DNA from: Eledone cirrhosa
Lineage: Eukaryota
Direction of reading: 5' to 3'
Assembly: GCA_964016885.1 (NCBI GenBank)
Contig: OZ024741.1
Location: 77,500,001 to 77,564,000, forward strand
DNA: 64,000 bases
Shown here: piece by piece, positions 35,987 to 56,900 of the stretch
Numbering within the stretch: position 1 is the first letter of the stretch
Layout: every line of letters starts with the position of its first letter
Position numbers and translations under genes: made by a program
The notes under the pieces: generated by a model
What the model was told of the DNA's origin: nothing
Databases searched by the model: none
The model's input: only the letters and a program-made list of their open reading frames with translations

Positions 35987-38900
35987 TAGGACCTATTACA
36001 CTGTATATTACATACATAGGACCTATTACACTATATATTACATACATAGGATCTATTACACTATATATTACATATGTAGGACCTACTACACTATATGTTA
36101 CATACATAGGACCTATTACACCATATATTACATACATAGGACCTATTACACTATATATTATATATGTAGGACATACTACACTATATATTACATATGTAGG
36201 ACCTATTACACTATATATTACGTATGTAGGACATACTACACTATATATTACATACATAGGACCTATTACACTATATATTATATATGTAGGACATACTACA
36301 CTATATATTACATATGTAGGACATACTACACTATATATTACATACATAGGACCTATTACACTATATATTACATACATAGGACCTATTACACTAAATATTA
36401 TATATGTAGGACATACTACACCATATATTATATATGTAGGACATACTACACTATATATTACATATGTAGGGCCTATTACACTATATATTATATATGTAGG
36501 ACACACTACACTATATATTATATATAAAGGACATACTACACCATATATTATATATGTAGGACATACTACACTATATATTACATACATAGGACCTACTACA
36601 CTATATATTACATACATAGGACCTATTACACTATATATTATATATGTAGGACCTACTACACTATATATTATATATGTAGGACATACTACACTATATATTA
36701 TATATGTAGGACATGCTACACTATATATTATATATGTAGGACATACTACACTATATATTACATATGTAGGACATACTACACTATATATTACATACATAGT
36801 ACCTATTACACTATATATTATATATGTAGGACACACTACACTATATATTATATATGTAGGACATACTACACTATATATTATATATGTAGGACATACTACA
36901 CTATATATTACATACATAGGACCTATTACACTATATATTATATATGTAGGACATACTACACTATATATTATATATGTAGGACCTATTACACTATATATTT
37001 CGTATATAGGACATACTACACTATATATTACATACATAGGACCTATTACACTATATATTACATATGTAGGACCTATTACACTATATATTATATATGTAGG
37101 ACCTATTACACTATATATTATATATGTAGGACATACTACACTATATATTACATATGTAGGACATACACTATATATTACATACATAGGATCTATTACACTA
37201 TATATTACATATGTAGGACATACTACACTATATATTATATATGTAGGACATACACTATATATTACATACATAGGACCTATTATACTATATATTACATACA
37301 TAGGACCTATTACACTATATATTATATATGTAGGACATACTACACTATATATTACATATGTAGGACATACACTATATATTACATATGTAGGACATACTAC
37401 ACTTTATATTACATATGTAGGACATACTACACTATATATTACATACATAGGACCTATTACACCATATATTACATATGTAGGACCTATTACACTATATATT
37501 ACATATGTAGGACCTATTACACTATATATTACATATGTAGGACATACTACACTATATATTATATATGTAGGAGATACTACACTATATATTACATACATAG
37601 GACCTATTACACTATATATTACATACATAGGACCTATTACACTATATATTACATACATAGGACCTATTACACTATATATTATATATGTAGGACACACTAC
37701 ACTATATATTATATATGTAGGACATACTACACTATATATTACATATGTAGGACATAATACACTATATATTACATACATAGGATCTATTATACTATATATT
37801 ATATATGTAGGACATACTACACCATATATTATATATGTAGGACATACTTCACTATATATTACATACATAGGACCTATTACACTATATATTATATATGTAG
37901 GACACACTACACTATATATTTTATATGTAGGACATACTACACTATATATTACATATGTAGGACATACTACACTATATATTATATATGTAGGACATACTAC
38001 ACTATATATTACATATGTAGGACATACTTCACTATATATTACATACATAGGACCTATTACACTATATATTACATACATAGGACCTATTACACTATATATT
38101 ATATATGTAGGACATACTACACTATATATTACATATGTAGCACATACTTCACTATAAATTACATACATAGGACCTATTACACTATATATTACATATGTAG
38201 GACACACTACACTATATATTATATATGTAGGACCTATTACACTATATATTACATACATAGGACCTATTACACTATATATTACATACATAGGACCTATTAC
38301 ACTATATATTACATATGTAGGACCTATTACACTATATATTATATATGTAGGACATACTACACTATATATTACATATGTAGCACATACTTCACTATAAATT
38401 ACATACATAGGACCTATTACACTATATATTACATATGTAGGACACACTACACTATATATTATATATGTAGGACCTATTACACTATATATTACATACATAG
38501 GACCTATTACACTATATATTACATACATAGGACCTATTACACTATATATTACATATGTAGGACCTATTACACTATATATTACATACATAGGACCTATTAC
38601 ACTATATATTATATATGTAGGACATACTACACTATATATTACATATGTAGGACATACTACACTATATATTACATACATAGGACCTATTACACTATATATT
38701 ACATATGTAGGACATACACTATATATTACATACGTAGGACCTATTACACTATATATTATATATGTAGGACATACTACACTATATATTACATATGTAGGAC
38801 CTATTACACTATATATTACATATGTAGGACATACTACACTATATATTACATATGTAGGACATACTACACTATATATTACATACATAGGACCTATTACACT

Positions 38901-41900
38901 ATATATTACATATGTAGGACATACACTATATATTACATACATAGGACCTATTACACTATATATTATTATATGTAGGACATACTACACTATATATTACATA
39001 CATAGGACCTATTATGCTACATATATATGTAGGACACACTACACTATATATTATATATGTAGGACATACTACACTATATATTATATATGTAGGACATACT
39101 ACGCTATATATTACATACATAGGACCTATTATACAATATATTATATATGTAGGACATACTACACTATATATTACATATGTAGGACATACTACACTATATA
39201 TTACATACATAGGACCTATTACACTATATATTACATACATAGGACCTATTACACCATATATTACATATGTAGGACCTATTACACTATATATTACATGTAG
39301 GACCTATTACACTATATATTACATATGTAGGACATACTACACTATATATTACATACATAGGACCTATTACACTATATATTACATACATAGGACCTATTAC
39401 ACTATATATTATATATGTGGGACACACTACACTATATATTACATACATAGGACCTATTACACTATATATTACATACATAGGACCTATTACACTATATATT
39501 ACATATGTAGGACCTATTACACTATATATTACATACATAGGACCTATTACACTATATATTATATATGTAGGACATACTACACTATATATTATATATGTAG
39601 GAGATACTACACTATATATTACATACATAGGACCTATTACACTATATATTACATATGTAGGACCTATTACACTATATATTACATACATAGGACCTATTAC
39701 ACTATATATTATATATGTAGGACATACTACACTATATATTATATATGTAGGAGATACTACACTATATATTACATACATAGGACCTATTACACTATATATT
39801 ACATACATAGGACCTATTACACTATATATTATATATGTAGGACACACTACACTATATATTATATATGTAGGACATACTACACTATATATTACATATGTAG
39901 CTCATACTACACTATATATTACATACATAGGACCTATTATACTATATATTATATATGTAGGACATACTACACCATATATTATATATGTAGGACCTATTAC
40001 ACTATATATTATATATGTAGGACATACTTCACTATATATTACATACATAGGACCTATTACACTATATATTATATATGTAGGACACACTACACTATATATT
40101 ATATATGTAGGACATACTACACTATATATTACATATGTAGGACATACTACACTATATATTATATATGTAGGACATACTACACTATATATTACATATGTAG
40201 GACATACTTCACTATATATTACATACATAGGACCTATTACACTATATATTACATACATAGGACCTATTACACTATATATTATATATGTAGGACATACTAC
40301 ACTATATATTACATATGTAGGACATACTTCACTATATATTACATACATAGGACCTATTACACTATATATTACATACATAGGACCTATTACACTATATATT
40401 ACATATGTAGGACATACTACACTATATATTATATATGTAGGACCTATTACACTATATATTACATACATAGGACCTATTACACTATATATTACATACATAG
40501 GACCTATTACACTATATATTACATACATAGGACCTATTACACTATATATTACATATGTAGGACCTATTACACTATATATTACATACATAGGACCTATATT
40601 ATATATGTAGGACCTATTACACTATATATTACATACATAGGACCTATTACACTATATATTACATACATAGGACTTATTACACTATATATTACATACATAG
40701 GACCTATTACACTATATATTGCATATGTTGGACATACTACACTATATATTATATATGTAGGACCTATTACACTATATATTACATACATAGGACTTATTAC
40801 ACTATATATTATATATGTAGGACCTATTATACTATATATTATATATGTAGGACATACTACACTATATATTATATATTTAGGACATACTACACTATATATT
40901 ACATACATAGGACCTATTACACTATATATTACATATGTAGGACATACACTATGTATTACATACATAGGACCTATTACACTACATATTATATATGTAGGAC
41001 CTATTACACCATATATTACATACATAGGACCTATTACACTATATATTATATATGTAGGACCTATTACACCATATATTACATACATAGGACCTATTACACT
41101 ATATATTATATATGTAGGACATACTACACTATATATTACATATGTAGGACCTATTACACTATATATTACATATGTAGGACATACTACACTATATATTACA
41201 TATGTAGGACCTATTACACTATATATTACATATGTAGGACATACTACACTATATATTATATATGTAGGACATACTACACTATATATTACATACATAGGAC
41301 CTATTACGCTACATATATATGTAGGACACACTACACTATATATTATATATGTAGGACACACTACACTATATATTATATATGTAGGACATACTACACTATA
41401 TATTACATATGTAGGACATACTACACTATATATTACATACATAGGACCTATTATACTATATATTATATATGTAGGACATACTACACCATATATTATATAT
41501 GTAGGACATACTTCACTATATATTACATACATAGGACCTATTACACTATATATTATATATGTAGGACACACTACACTATATATTATATATGTAGGACATA
41601 CTACGCTATATATTACATATGTAGGACATAATACACTATATATTATATATGTAGGACATACTACACTATATATTACATATGTAGGACATACTTCACTATA
41701 TATTACATACATAGGACCTATTACACTATATATTACATACATAGGACCTATTAAACTATATATTATATATGTAGGACATACTACACTATATATTACATAT
41801 GTAGGACATACTTCACTATATATTATATATGTAGGACATACACTATATATTACATACATAGGACCTATTATACTATATATTACATACATAGGACCTATTA

Positions 41901-44900
41901 CACTATATATTATATATGTAGGACATACTACACTATATATTATATATGTAGGACATACACTATATATTACATACATAGGACCTATTATACTATATATTAC
42001 ATACATAGGACCTATTACACTATATATTATATATGTAGGACATACTACACTATATATTACATATGTAGGACATACACTATATATTACATATGTAGGACAT
42101 ACTACACTTTATATTACATATGTAGGACATACTACACTATATATTACATACATAGGACCTATTACACCATATATTACATATGTAGGACCTATTACACTAT
42201 ATATTACATATGTAGGACCTATTACACTATATATTACATATGTAGGACATACTACACTATATATTATATATGTAGGAGATACTACACTATATATTACATA
42301 CATAGGACCTATTACACTATATATTACATACATAGGACCTATTACACTATATATTACATACATAGGACCTATTACACTATATATTATATATGTAGGACAC
42401 ACTACACTATATATTATATATGTAGGACATACTACACTATATATTACATATGTAGGACATAATACACTATATATTACATACATAGGATCTATTATACTAT
42501 ATATTATATATGTAGGACATACTACACCATATATTATATATGTAGGACATACTTCACTATATATTACATACATAGGACCTATTACACTATATATTATATA
42601 TGTAGGACACACTACACTATATATTGTATATGTAGGACATACTACACTATATATTACATATGTAGGACATACTACACTATATATTATATATGTAGGACAT
42701 ACTACACTATATATTACATATGTAGGACATACTTCACTATATATTACATACATAGGACCTATTACACTATATATTACATACATAGGACCTATTACACTAT
42801 ATATTATATATGTAGGACATACTACACTATATATTACATATGTAGCACATACTTCACTATAAATTACATACATAGGACCTATTACACTATATATTACATA
42901 TGTAGGACACACTACACTATATATTATATATGTAGGACCTATTACACTATATATTACATACATAGGACCTATTACACTATATATTACATACATAGGACCT
43001 ATTACACTATATATTACATATGTAGGACCTATTACACTATATATTATATATGTAGGACATACTACACTATATATTACATATGTAGCACATACTTCACTAT
43101 AAATTACATACATAGGACCTATTACACTATATATTACATATGTAGGACACACTACACTATATATTATATATGTAGGACCTATTACACTATATATTACATA
43201 CATAGGACCTATTACACTATATATTACATACATAGGACCTATTACACTATATATTACATATGTAGGACCTATTACACTATATATTACATACATAGGACCT
43301 ATTACACTATATATTATATATGTAGGACATACTACACTATATATTACATATGTAGGACATACTACACTATATATTACATACATAGGACCTATTACACTAT
43401 ATATTACATATGTAGGACATACACTATATATTACATACGTAGGACCTATTACACTATATATTATATATGTAGGACATACTACACTATATATTACATATGT
43501 AGGACCTATTACACTATATATTACATATGTAGGACATACTACACTATATATTACATATGTAGGACATACTACACTATATATTACATACATAGGACCTATT
43601 ACACTATATATTACATATGTAGGACATACACTATATATTACATACATAGGACCTATTACACTATATATTATTATATGTAGGACATACTACACTATATATT
43701 ACATACATAGGACCTATTATGCTACATATATATGTAGGACACACTACACTATATATTATATATGTAGGACATACTACACTATATATTATATATGTAGGAC
43801 ATACTACGCTATATATTACATACATTGGACCTATTATACAATATATTATATATGTAGGACATACTACACTATATATTACATATGTAGGACATACTACACA
43901 ATATATTACATACATAGGACCTATTACACTATATATTACATACATAGGACCTATTACACCATATATTACATATGTAGGACCTATTACACTATATATTACA
44001 TGTAGGACCTATTACACTATATATTACATATGTAGGACATACTACACTATATATTACATACATAGGACCTATTACACTATATATTACATACATAGGACCT
44101 ATTACACTATATATTATATATGTGGGACACACTACACTATATATTACATACATAGGACCTATTACACTATATATTACATACATAGGACCTATTACACTAT
44201 ATATTACATATGTAGGACCTATTACACTATATATTACATACATAGGACCTATTACACTATATATTATATATGTAGGACATACTACACTATATATTATATA
44301 TGTAGGAGATACTACACTATATATTACATACATAGGACCTATTACACTATATATTACATATGTAGGACCTATTACACTATATATTACATACATAGGACCT
44401 ATTACACTATATATTATATATGTAGGACATACTACACTATATATTATATATGTAGGAGATACTACACTATATATTACATACATAGGACCTATTACACTAT
44501 ATATTACATACATAGGACCTATTACACTATATATTATATATGTAGGACACACTACACTATATATTATATATGTAGGACATACTACACTATATATTACATA
44601 TGTAGCTCATACTACACTATATATTACATACATAGGACCTATTATACTATATATTATATATGTAGGACATACTACACCATATATTATATATGTAGGACCT
44701 ATTACACTATATATTATATATGTAGGACATACTTCACTATATATTACATACATAGGACCTATTACACTATATATTATATATGTAGGACACACTACACTAT
44801 ATATTATATATGTAGGACATACTACACTATATATTACATATGTAGGACATACTACACTATATATTATATATGTAGGACATACTACACTATATATTACATA

Positions 44901-47900
44901 TGTAGGACATACTTCACTATATATTACATACATAGGACCTATTACACTATATATTACATACATAGGACCTATTACACTATATATTATATATGTAGGACAT
45001 ACTACACTATATATTACATATGTAGGACATACTTCACTATATATTACATACATAGGACCTATTACACTATATATTACATACATAGGACCTATTACACTAT
45101 ATATTACATATGTAGGACATACTACACTATATATTATATATGTAGGACCTATTACACTATATATTACATACATAGGACCTATTACACTATATATTACATA
45201 CATAGGACCTATTACACTATATATTACATACATAGGACCTATTACACTATATATTACATATGTAGGACCTATTACACTATATATTACATACATAGGACCT
45301 ATATTATATATGTAGGACCTATTACACTATATATTACATACATAGGACCTATTACACTATATATTACATACATAGGACCTATTACACTATATATTACATA
45401 CATAGGACCTATTACACTATATATTGCATATGTTGGACATACTACACTATATATTATATATGTAGGACCTATTACACTATATATTACATACATAGGACTT
45501 ATTACACTATATATTATATATGTAGGACCTATTATACTATATATTATATATGTAGGACATACTACACTATATATTATATATTTAGGACATACTACACTAT
45601 ATATTACATACATAGGACCTATTACACTATATATTACATATGTAGGACATACACTATGTATTACATACATAGGACCTATTACACTACATATTATATATGT
45701 AGGACCTATTACACCATATATTACATACATAGGACCTATTACACTATATATTATATATGTAGGACCTATTACACCATATATTACATACATAGGACCTATT
45801 ACACTATATATTATATATGTAGGACATACTACACTATATATTACATATGTAGGACCTATTACACTATATATTACATATGTAGGACATACTACACTATATA
45901 TTACATATGTAGGACCTATTACACTATATATTACATATGTAGGACATACTACACTATATATTATATATGTAGGACATACTACACTATATATTACATACAT
46001 AGGACCTATTACGCTACATATATATGTAGGACACACTACACTATATATTATATATGTAGGACACACTACACTATATATTATATATGTAGGACATACTACA
46101 CTATATATTACATATGTAGGACATACTACACTATATATTACATACATAGGACCTATTATACTATATATTATATATGTAGGACATACTACACCATATATTA
46201 TATATGTAGGACATACTTCACTATATATTACATACATAGGACCTATTACACTATATATTATATATGTAGGACACACTACACTATATATTATATATGTAGG
46301 ACATACTACGCTATATATTACATATGTAGGACATAATACACTATATATTATATATGTAGGACATACTACACTATATATTACATATGTAGGACATACTTCA
46401 CTATATATTACATACATAGGACCTATTACACTATATATTACATACATAGGACCTATTAAACTATATATTATATATGTAGGACATACTACACTATATATTA
46501 CATATGTAGGACATACTTCACTATATATTACATACATAGGACCTATTACACTATATATTACATACATAGGACCTATTACACTATATATTATATATGTAGG
46601 ACATACTACACTATATATTACATATGTAGGACCTATTACACTATATATTACATATGTAGGACATACTACACTATATATTACATATGTAGGACCTATTACA
46701 CAATATATTACATACATAGGACCTATTACACTATATATTACATATGTAGGACATACTACACTGTATATTACATATGTAGGACATACTACACTATATATTA
46801 CATACATAGGACCTATTACACTATATATTACATATGTAGGACATACACTATATATTACATACATAGGACCTATTACACTATATATTATATATGTAGGACA
46901 TACTACACTATATATTACATACATAGGACCTATTATGCTACATATATATGTAGGACACACTACACTATATATTATATATGTAGGACATACTACACTATAT
47001 ATTATATATGTAGGATATACTACACTATATATTACATACATAGGACCTATTATACAATATATTATATATGTAGGACATACTACACTATATATTACATATG
47101 TAGGACATACTACACTATATATTACATACATAGGACCTATTACACTATATATTACATACATAGGACCTATTACACCATATATTACATATGTAGGACCTAT
47201 TACACTATATATTACATATGTAGGACCTATTACACTATATATTACATATGTAGGACATACTACACTATATATTACATACATAGGACCTATTACACTATAT
47301 ATTACATACATAGGACCTATTACACTATATATTATATATGTAGGACACACTACACTATATATTACATACATAGGACCTATTACACTATATATTACATACA
47401 TAGGACCTATTACACTATATATTACATATGTAGGACCTATTACACTATATATTACATACATAGGACCTATTACACTATATATTACATATGTAGGACCTAT
47501 TACACTATATATTACATACATAGGACCTATATTATATATGTAGGACCTATTACACTATATATTACATACATAGGACCTATTACACTATATATTACATACA
47601 TAGGACCTATTACACTATATATTACATACATAGGACCTATTACACTATATATTGCATATGTTGGACATACTACACTATATATTATATATGTAGGACCTAT
47701 TACACTATATATTACATACATAGGACTTATTACACTATATATTATATATGTAGGACCTATTATACTATATATTATATATGTAGGACATACTACACTATAT
47801 ATTATATATTTAGGACATACTACACTATATATTACATACATAGGACCTATTACACTATATATTACATATGTAGGACATACACTATGTATTACATACATAG

Positions 47901-50900
47901 GACCTATTACACTACATATTATATATGTAGGACCTATTACACCATATATTACATACATAGGACCTATTACACTATATATTATATATGTAGGACCTATTAC
48001 ACCATATATTACATACATAGGACCTATTACACTATATATTATATATGTAGGACATACTACACTATATATTACATATGTAGGACCTATTACACTATATATT
48101 ACATATGTAGGACATACTACACTATATATTACATATGTAGGACCTATTACACTATATATTACATATGTAGGACATACTACACTATATATTATATATGTAG
48201 GACATACTACACTATATATTACATACATAGGACCTATTACGCTACATATATATGTAGGACACACTACACTATATATTATATATGTAGGACACACTACACT
48301 ATATATTATATATGTAGGACATACTACACTATATATTACATATGTAGGACATACTACACTATATATTACATACATAGGACCTATTATACTATATATTATA
48401 TATGTAGGACATACTACACCATATATTATATATGTAGGACATACTTCACTATATATTACATACATAGGACCTATTACACTATATATTATATATGTAGGAC
48501 ACACTACACTATATATTATATATGTAGGACATACTACGCTATATATTACATATGTAGGACATAATACACTATATATTATATATGTAGGACATACTACACT
48601 ATATATTACATATGTAGGACATACTTCACTATATATTACATACATAGGACCTATTACACTATATATTACATACATAGGACCTATTAAACTATATATTATA
48701 TATGTAGGACATACTACACTATATATTACATATGTAGGACATACTTCACTATATATTACATACATAGGACCTATTACACTATATATTACATACATAGGAC
48801 CTATTACACTATATATTATATATGTAGGACATACTACACTATATATTACATATGTAGGACCTATTACACTATATATTACATATGTAGGACATACTACACT
48901 ATATATTACATATGTAGGACCTATTACACAATATATTACATACATAGGACCTATTACACTATATATTACATATGTAGGACATACTACACTGTATATTACA
49001 TATGTAGGACATACTACACTATATATTACATACATAGGACCTATTACACTATATATTACATATGTAGGACATACACTATATATTACATACATAGGACCTA
49101 TTACACTATATATTATATATGTAGGACATACTACACTATATATTACATACATAGGACCTATTATGCTACATATATATGTAGGACACACTACACTATATAT
49201 TATATATGTAGGACATACTACACTATATATTATATATGTAGGACATACTACACTATATATTACATACATAGGACCTATTATACAATATATTATATATGTA
49301 GGACATACTACACTATATATTACATATGTAGGACATACTACACTATATATTACATACATAGGACCTATTACACTATATATTACATACATAGGACCTATTA
49401 CACCATATATTACATATGTAGGACCTATTACACTATATATTACATATGTAGGACCTATTACACTATATATTACATATGTAGGACATACTACACTATATAT
49501 TACATACATAGGACCTATTACACTATATATTACATACATAGGACCTATTACACTATATATTATATATGTAGGACACACTACACTATATATTACATACATA
49601 GGACCTATTACACTATATATTACATACATAGGACCTATTACACTATATATTACATATGTAGGACCTATTACACTATATATTACATACATAGGACCTATTA
49701 CACTATATATTATATATGTAGGACATACTACACTATATATTATAAATGTAGGAGATACTACACTATATATTACATACATAGGACCTATTACACTATATAT
49801 TACATATGTAGGACCTATTACACTATATATTACATACATAGGACCTATTACACTATATATTATATATGTAGGACATACTACACTATATATTATATATGTA
49901 GGAGATACTACACTATATATTACATACGTAGGACCTATTACACTATATATTACATACATAGGACCTATTACACTATATATTATATATGTAGGACACTACA
50001 CTATATATTATATATGTAGGACATACTACACTATATATTACATATGTAGGACATACTACACTATATATTACATACATAGGACCTATTACACTATATATTA
50101 TATATGTAGGACATACTACACTATATATTATATATGTAGGAGATACTACACTATATATTACATACATAGGACCTATTACACTATATATTACATACATAGG
50201 ACCTATTACACTATATATTATATATGTAGGACACTACACTATATATTATATATGTAGGACATACTACACTATATATTACATATGTAGGACATACTACACT
50301 ATATATTACATACATAGGACCTATTACACTATATATTATATATGTAGGACACACTACACTATATATTATATATGTAGGACATACTACACTATATATTACA
50401 TATGTAGGACATACTACACTATATATTATATATGTAGGACATACTACACTATATATTACATATGTAGGACATACTTCACTATATATTACATACATAGGAC
50501 CTATTACACTATATATTACATACATAGGACCTATTACACTATATATTATATATGTAGGACATACTACACTATATATTACATATGTAGGACATACTTCACT
50601 ATATATTACATACATAGGACCTATTACACTATATATTGCATACATAGGACCTATTACACTATATATTACATATGTAGGACATACTACACTATATATTATA
50701 TATGTAGGACCTATTACACTATATATTACATACATAGGACCTATTACACTATATATTACATACATAGGACCTATTACACTATATATTACATACATAGGAC
50801 CTATTACACTATATATTACATATGTAGGACCTATTACACTATATATTACATACATAGGACCTATATTATATATGTAGGACCTATTACACTATATATTATA

Positions 50901-53900
50901 TATGTAGGACCTATTACACTATATATTACATACATAGGACCTATTACACTATATATTACATACATAGGACCTATTACACTATATATTACATATGTAGGAC
51001 ATACTACACTATATATTATATATGTAGGACCTATTACACTATATATTACATACATAGGACTTATTACACTATATATTATATATGTAGGACCTATTATACT
51101 ATATATTATATATGTAGGACATACTACACTATATATTATATATGTAGGACAGACTACACTATATATTACATACATAGGACCTATTACACTATATATTACA
51201 TATGTAGGACATACACTATATATTACATACATAGGACCTATTACACTATATATTATATATGTAGGACCTATTACACCATATATTACATACATAGGACCTA
51301 TTACACTATATATTATATATGTAGGACCTATTACACCATATATTACGTACATAGGATCTATTACACTATATATTATATATGTAGGACATACTACACTATA
51401 TATTACATATGTAGGACCTATTACACTATATATTACATATGTAGGACATACTACACTATATATTACATATGTAGGACCTATTACACTATATATTACATAT
51501 GTAGGACATACTACACTGTATATTATATATGTAGGACATACTACACTATATATTACATACATAGGACCTATTACGCTACATATATATGTAGGACACACTA
51601 CACTATATATTATATATGTAGGACACACTACACTATATATTATATATGTAGGACATACTACACTATATATTACATATGTAGGACATACTACACTATATAT
51701 TACATACATAGGACCTATTATACTATATATTATATATGTAGGACATACTACACCATATATTATATATGTAGGACATACTTCACTATATATTACATACATA
51801 GGACCTATTACACTATATATTATATATGTAGGACACACTACACTATATATTATATATGTAGGACATACTACGCTATATATTACATATGTAGGACATAATA
51901 CACTATATATTATATATGTAGGACATACTACACTATATATTACATATGTAGGACATACTTCACTATATATTACATACATAGGACCTATTACACTATATAT
52001 TACATACATAGGACCTATTAAACTATATATTATATATGTAGGACATACTACACTATATATTACATATGTAGGACATACTTCACTATATATTACATACATA
52101 GGACCTATTACACTATATATTACATACATAGGACCTATTACACTATATATTATATATGTAGGACATACTACACTATATATTACATATGTAGGACCTATTA
52201 CACTATATATTACATATGTAGGACATACTACACTATATATTACATATGTAGGACCTATTACACAATATATTACATACATAGGACCTATTACACTATATAT
52301 TACATATGTAGGACATACTACACTGTATATTACATATGTAGGACATACTACACTATATATTACATACATAGGACCTATTACACTATATATTACATATGTA
52401 GGACATACACTATATATTACATACATAGGACCTATTACACTATATATTATATATGTAGGACATACTACACTATATATTACATACATAGGACCTATTATGC
52501 TACATATATATGTAGGACACACTACACTATATATTATATATGTAGGACATACTACACTATATATTATATATGTAGGACATACTACACTATATATTACATA
52601 CATAGGACCTATTATACAATATATTATATATGTAGGACATACTACACTATATATTACATATGTAGGACATACTACACTATATATTACATACATAGGACCT
52701 ATTACACTATATATTACATACATAGGACCTATTACACCATATATTACATATGTAGGACCTATTACACTATATATTACATATGTAGGACCTATTACACTAT
52801 ATATTACATATGTAGGACATACTACACTATATATTACATACATAGGACCTATTACACTATATATTACATACATAGGACCTATTACACTATATATTATATA
52901 TGTAGGACACACTACACTATATATTACATACATAGGACCTATTACACTATATATTACATACATAGGACCTATTACACTATATATTACATATGTAGGACCT
53001 ATTACACTATATATTACATACATAGGACCTATTACACTATATATTATATATGTAGGACATACTACACTATATATTATAAATGTAGGAGATACTACACTAT
53101 ATATTACATACATAGGACCTATTACACTATATATTACATATGTAGGACCTATTACACTATATATTACATACATAGGACCTATTACACTATATATTATATA
53201 TGTAGGACATACTACACTATATATTATATATGTAGGAGATACTACACTATATATTACATACGTAGGACCTATTACACTATATATTACATACATAGGACCT
53301 ATTACACTATATATTATATATGTAGGACACTACACTATATATTATATATGTAGGACATACTACACTATATATTACATATGTAGGACATACTACACTATAT
53401 ATTACATACATAGGACCTATTACACTATATATTATATATGTAGGACATACTACACTATATATTATATATGTAGGAGATACTACACTATATATTACATACA
53501 TAGGACCTATTACACTATATATTACATACATAGGACCTATTACACTATATATTATATATGTAGGACACTACACTATATATTATATATGTAGGACATACTA
53601 CACTATATATTACATATGTAGGACATACTACACTATATATTACATACATAGGACCTATTACACTATATATTATATATGTAGGACACACTACACTATATAT
53701 TATATATGTAGGACATACTACACTATATATTACATATGTAGGACATACTACACTATATATTATATATGTAGGACATACTACACTATATATTACATATGTA
53801 GGACATACTTCACTATATATTACATACATAGGACCTATTACACTATATATTACATACATAGGACCTATTACACTATATATTATATATGTAGGACATACTA

Positions 53901-56900
53901 CACTATATATTACATATGTAGGACATACTTCACTATATATTACATACATAGGACCTATTACACTATATATTGCATACATAGGACCTATTACACTATATAT
54001 TACATATGTAGGACATACTACACTATATATTATATATGTAGGACCTATTACACTATATATTACATACATAGGACCTATTACACTATATATTACATACATA
54101 GGACCTATTACACTATATATTACATACATAGGACCTATTACACTATATATTACATATGTAGGACCTATTACACTATATATTACATACATAGGACCTATAT
54201 TATATATGTAGGACCTATTACACTATATATTATATATGTAGGACCTATTACACTATATATTACATACATAGGACCTATTACACTATATATTACATACATA
54301 GGACCTATTACACTATATATTACATATGTAGGACATACTACACTATATATTATATATGTAGGACCTATTACACTATATATTACATACATAGGACTTATTA
54401 CACTATATATTATATATGTAGGACCTATTATACTATATATTATATATGTAGGACATACTACACTATATATTATATATGTAGGACAGACTACACTATATAT
54501 TACATACATAGGACCTATTACACTATATATTACATATGTAGGACATACACTATATATTACATACATAGGACCTATTACACTATATATTATATATGTAGGA
54601 CCTATTACACCATATATTACATACATAGGACCTATTACACTATATATTATATATGTAGGACCTATTACACCATATATTACGTACATAGGATCTATTACAC
54701 TATATATTATATATGTAGGACATACTACACTATATATTACATATGTAGGACCTATTACACTATATATTACATATGTAGGACATACTACACTATATATTAC
54801 ATATGTAGGACCTATTACACTATATATTACATATGTAGGACATACTACACTGTATATTATATATGTAGGACATACTACACTATATATTACATACATAGGA
54901 CCTATTACGCTACATATATATGTAGGACACACTACACTATATATTATATATGTAGGACACACTACACTATATATTATATATGTAGGACATACTACACTAT
55001 ATATTACATATGTAGGACATACTACACTATATATTACATACATAGGACCTATTATACTATATATTATATATGTAGGACATACTACACCATATATTATATA
55101 TGTAGGACATACTTCACTATATATTACATACATAGGACCTATTACACTATATATTATATATGTAGGACACACTACACTATATAATATATATGTAGGACAT
55201 ACTACACTATATATTACATATGTAGGACATACTACACTATATATTATATATGTAGGACATACTACACTATATACTACATATGTAGGACATACTTCACTAT
55301 ATATTACATACATAGGACCTATTACACTATATATTACATACATAGGACCTATTAAACTATATATTATATATGTAGGACATACTACACTATATATTACATA
55401 TGTAGGACATACTTCACTATATATTACATACATAGGACCTATTACACTATATATTACATACATAGGACCTATTACACTATATATTACATATGTAGGACAT
55501 ACTACACTATATATTATATATGTAGGACCTATTACACTATATATTACATACATAGGACCTATTACACTATATATTACATACATAGGACCTATTACACTAT
55601 ATATTACATACATAGGACCTATTACACTATATATTTCATATGTAGGACCTATTACACTATATATTATATATGTAGGACCTATTACACTATATATTACATA
55701 CATAGGACCTATTACACTATATATTACATACATAGGACCTATTACACTATATATTACATACATAGGACCTATTACACTATATATTACATATGTAGGACAT
55801 ACTACACTATATATTATATATGTAGGACCTATTACACTATATATTACATACATAGGACTTATTACACTATATATTATATATGTAGGACCTATTATACTAT
55901 ATATTATATATGTAGGACATACTACATTATATATTATATATGTAGGACATACTACACTATATATTACATACATAGGACCTATTACACTATATATTACATA
56001 TGTAGGACATACACTATATATTACATACATAGGACCTATTACACTATATATTATATATGTAGGACCTATTACACCATATATTACATACATAGGACCTATT
56101 ACACTATATATTATCTATGTAGGACATACGACACTATATATTACATATGTAGGACCTATTACACTATATATTACATATGTAGGACATACTACACTATATA
56201 TTACATACGTAGGACCTATTACACTATATATTACATATGTAGGACATACTACACTATATATTACATATGTAGGACCTATTACACCATATATTACATACAT
56301 AGGACCTATTACACTATATATTACATATGTAGGACATACACTATATATTACATACATAGGACCTATTACACTATATATTATATATGTAGGACCTATTACA
56401 CCATATATTACATACATAGGACCTATTACACTATATATTATATATGTAGGACATACTACACTATATATTACATATGTAGGACCTATTACACTATATATTA
56501 CATATGTAGGACATACTACACTATATATTACATATGTAGGACCTATTACACTATATATTACATATGTAGGACATACTACACTATATATTATATATGTAGG
56601 ACATACTGCACTATATATTACATACATAGGACCTATTACGCTACATATATATGTAGGACACACTACACTATATATTATATATGTAGGACACACTACACTA
56701 TATATTATATATGTAGGACATACTACACTATATATTACATATGTAGGACATACTACACTATATATTACATACATAGGACCTATTATACTATATATTATAT
56801 ATGTAGGACATACTACACCATATATTATATATGTAGGACATACTTCACTATATATTACATACATAGGACCTATTACACTATATATTATATATGTAGGACA

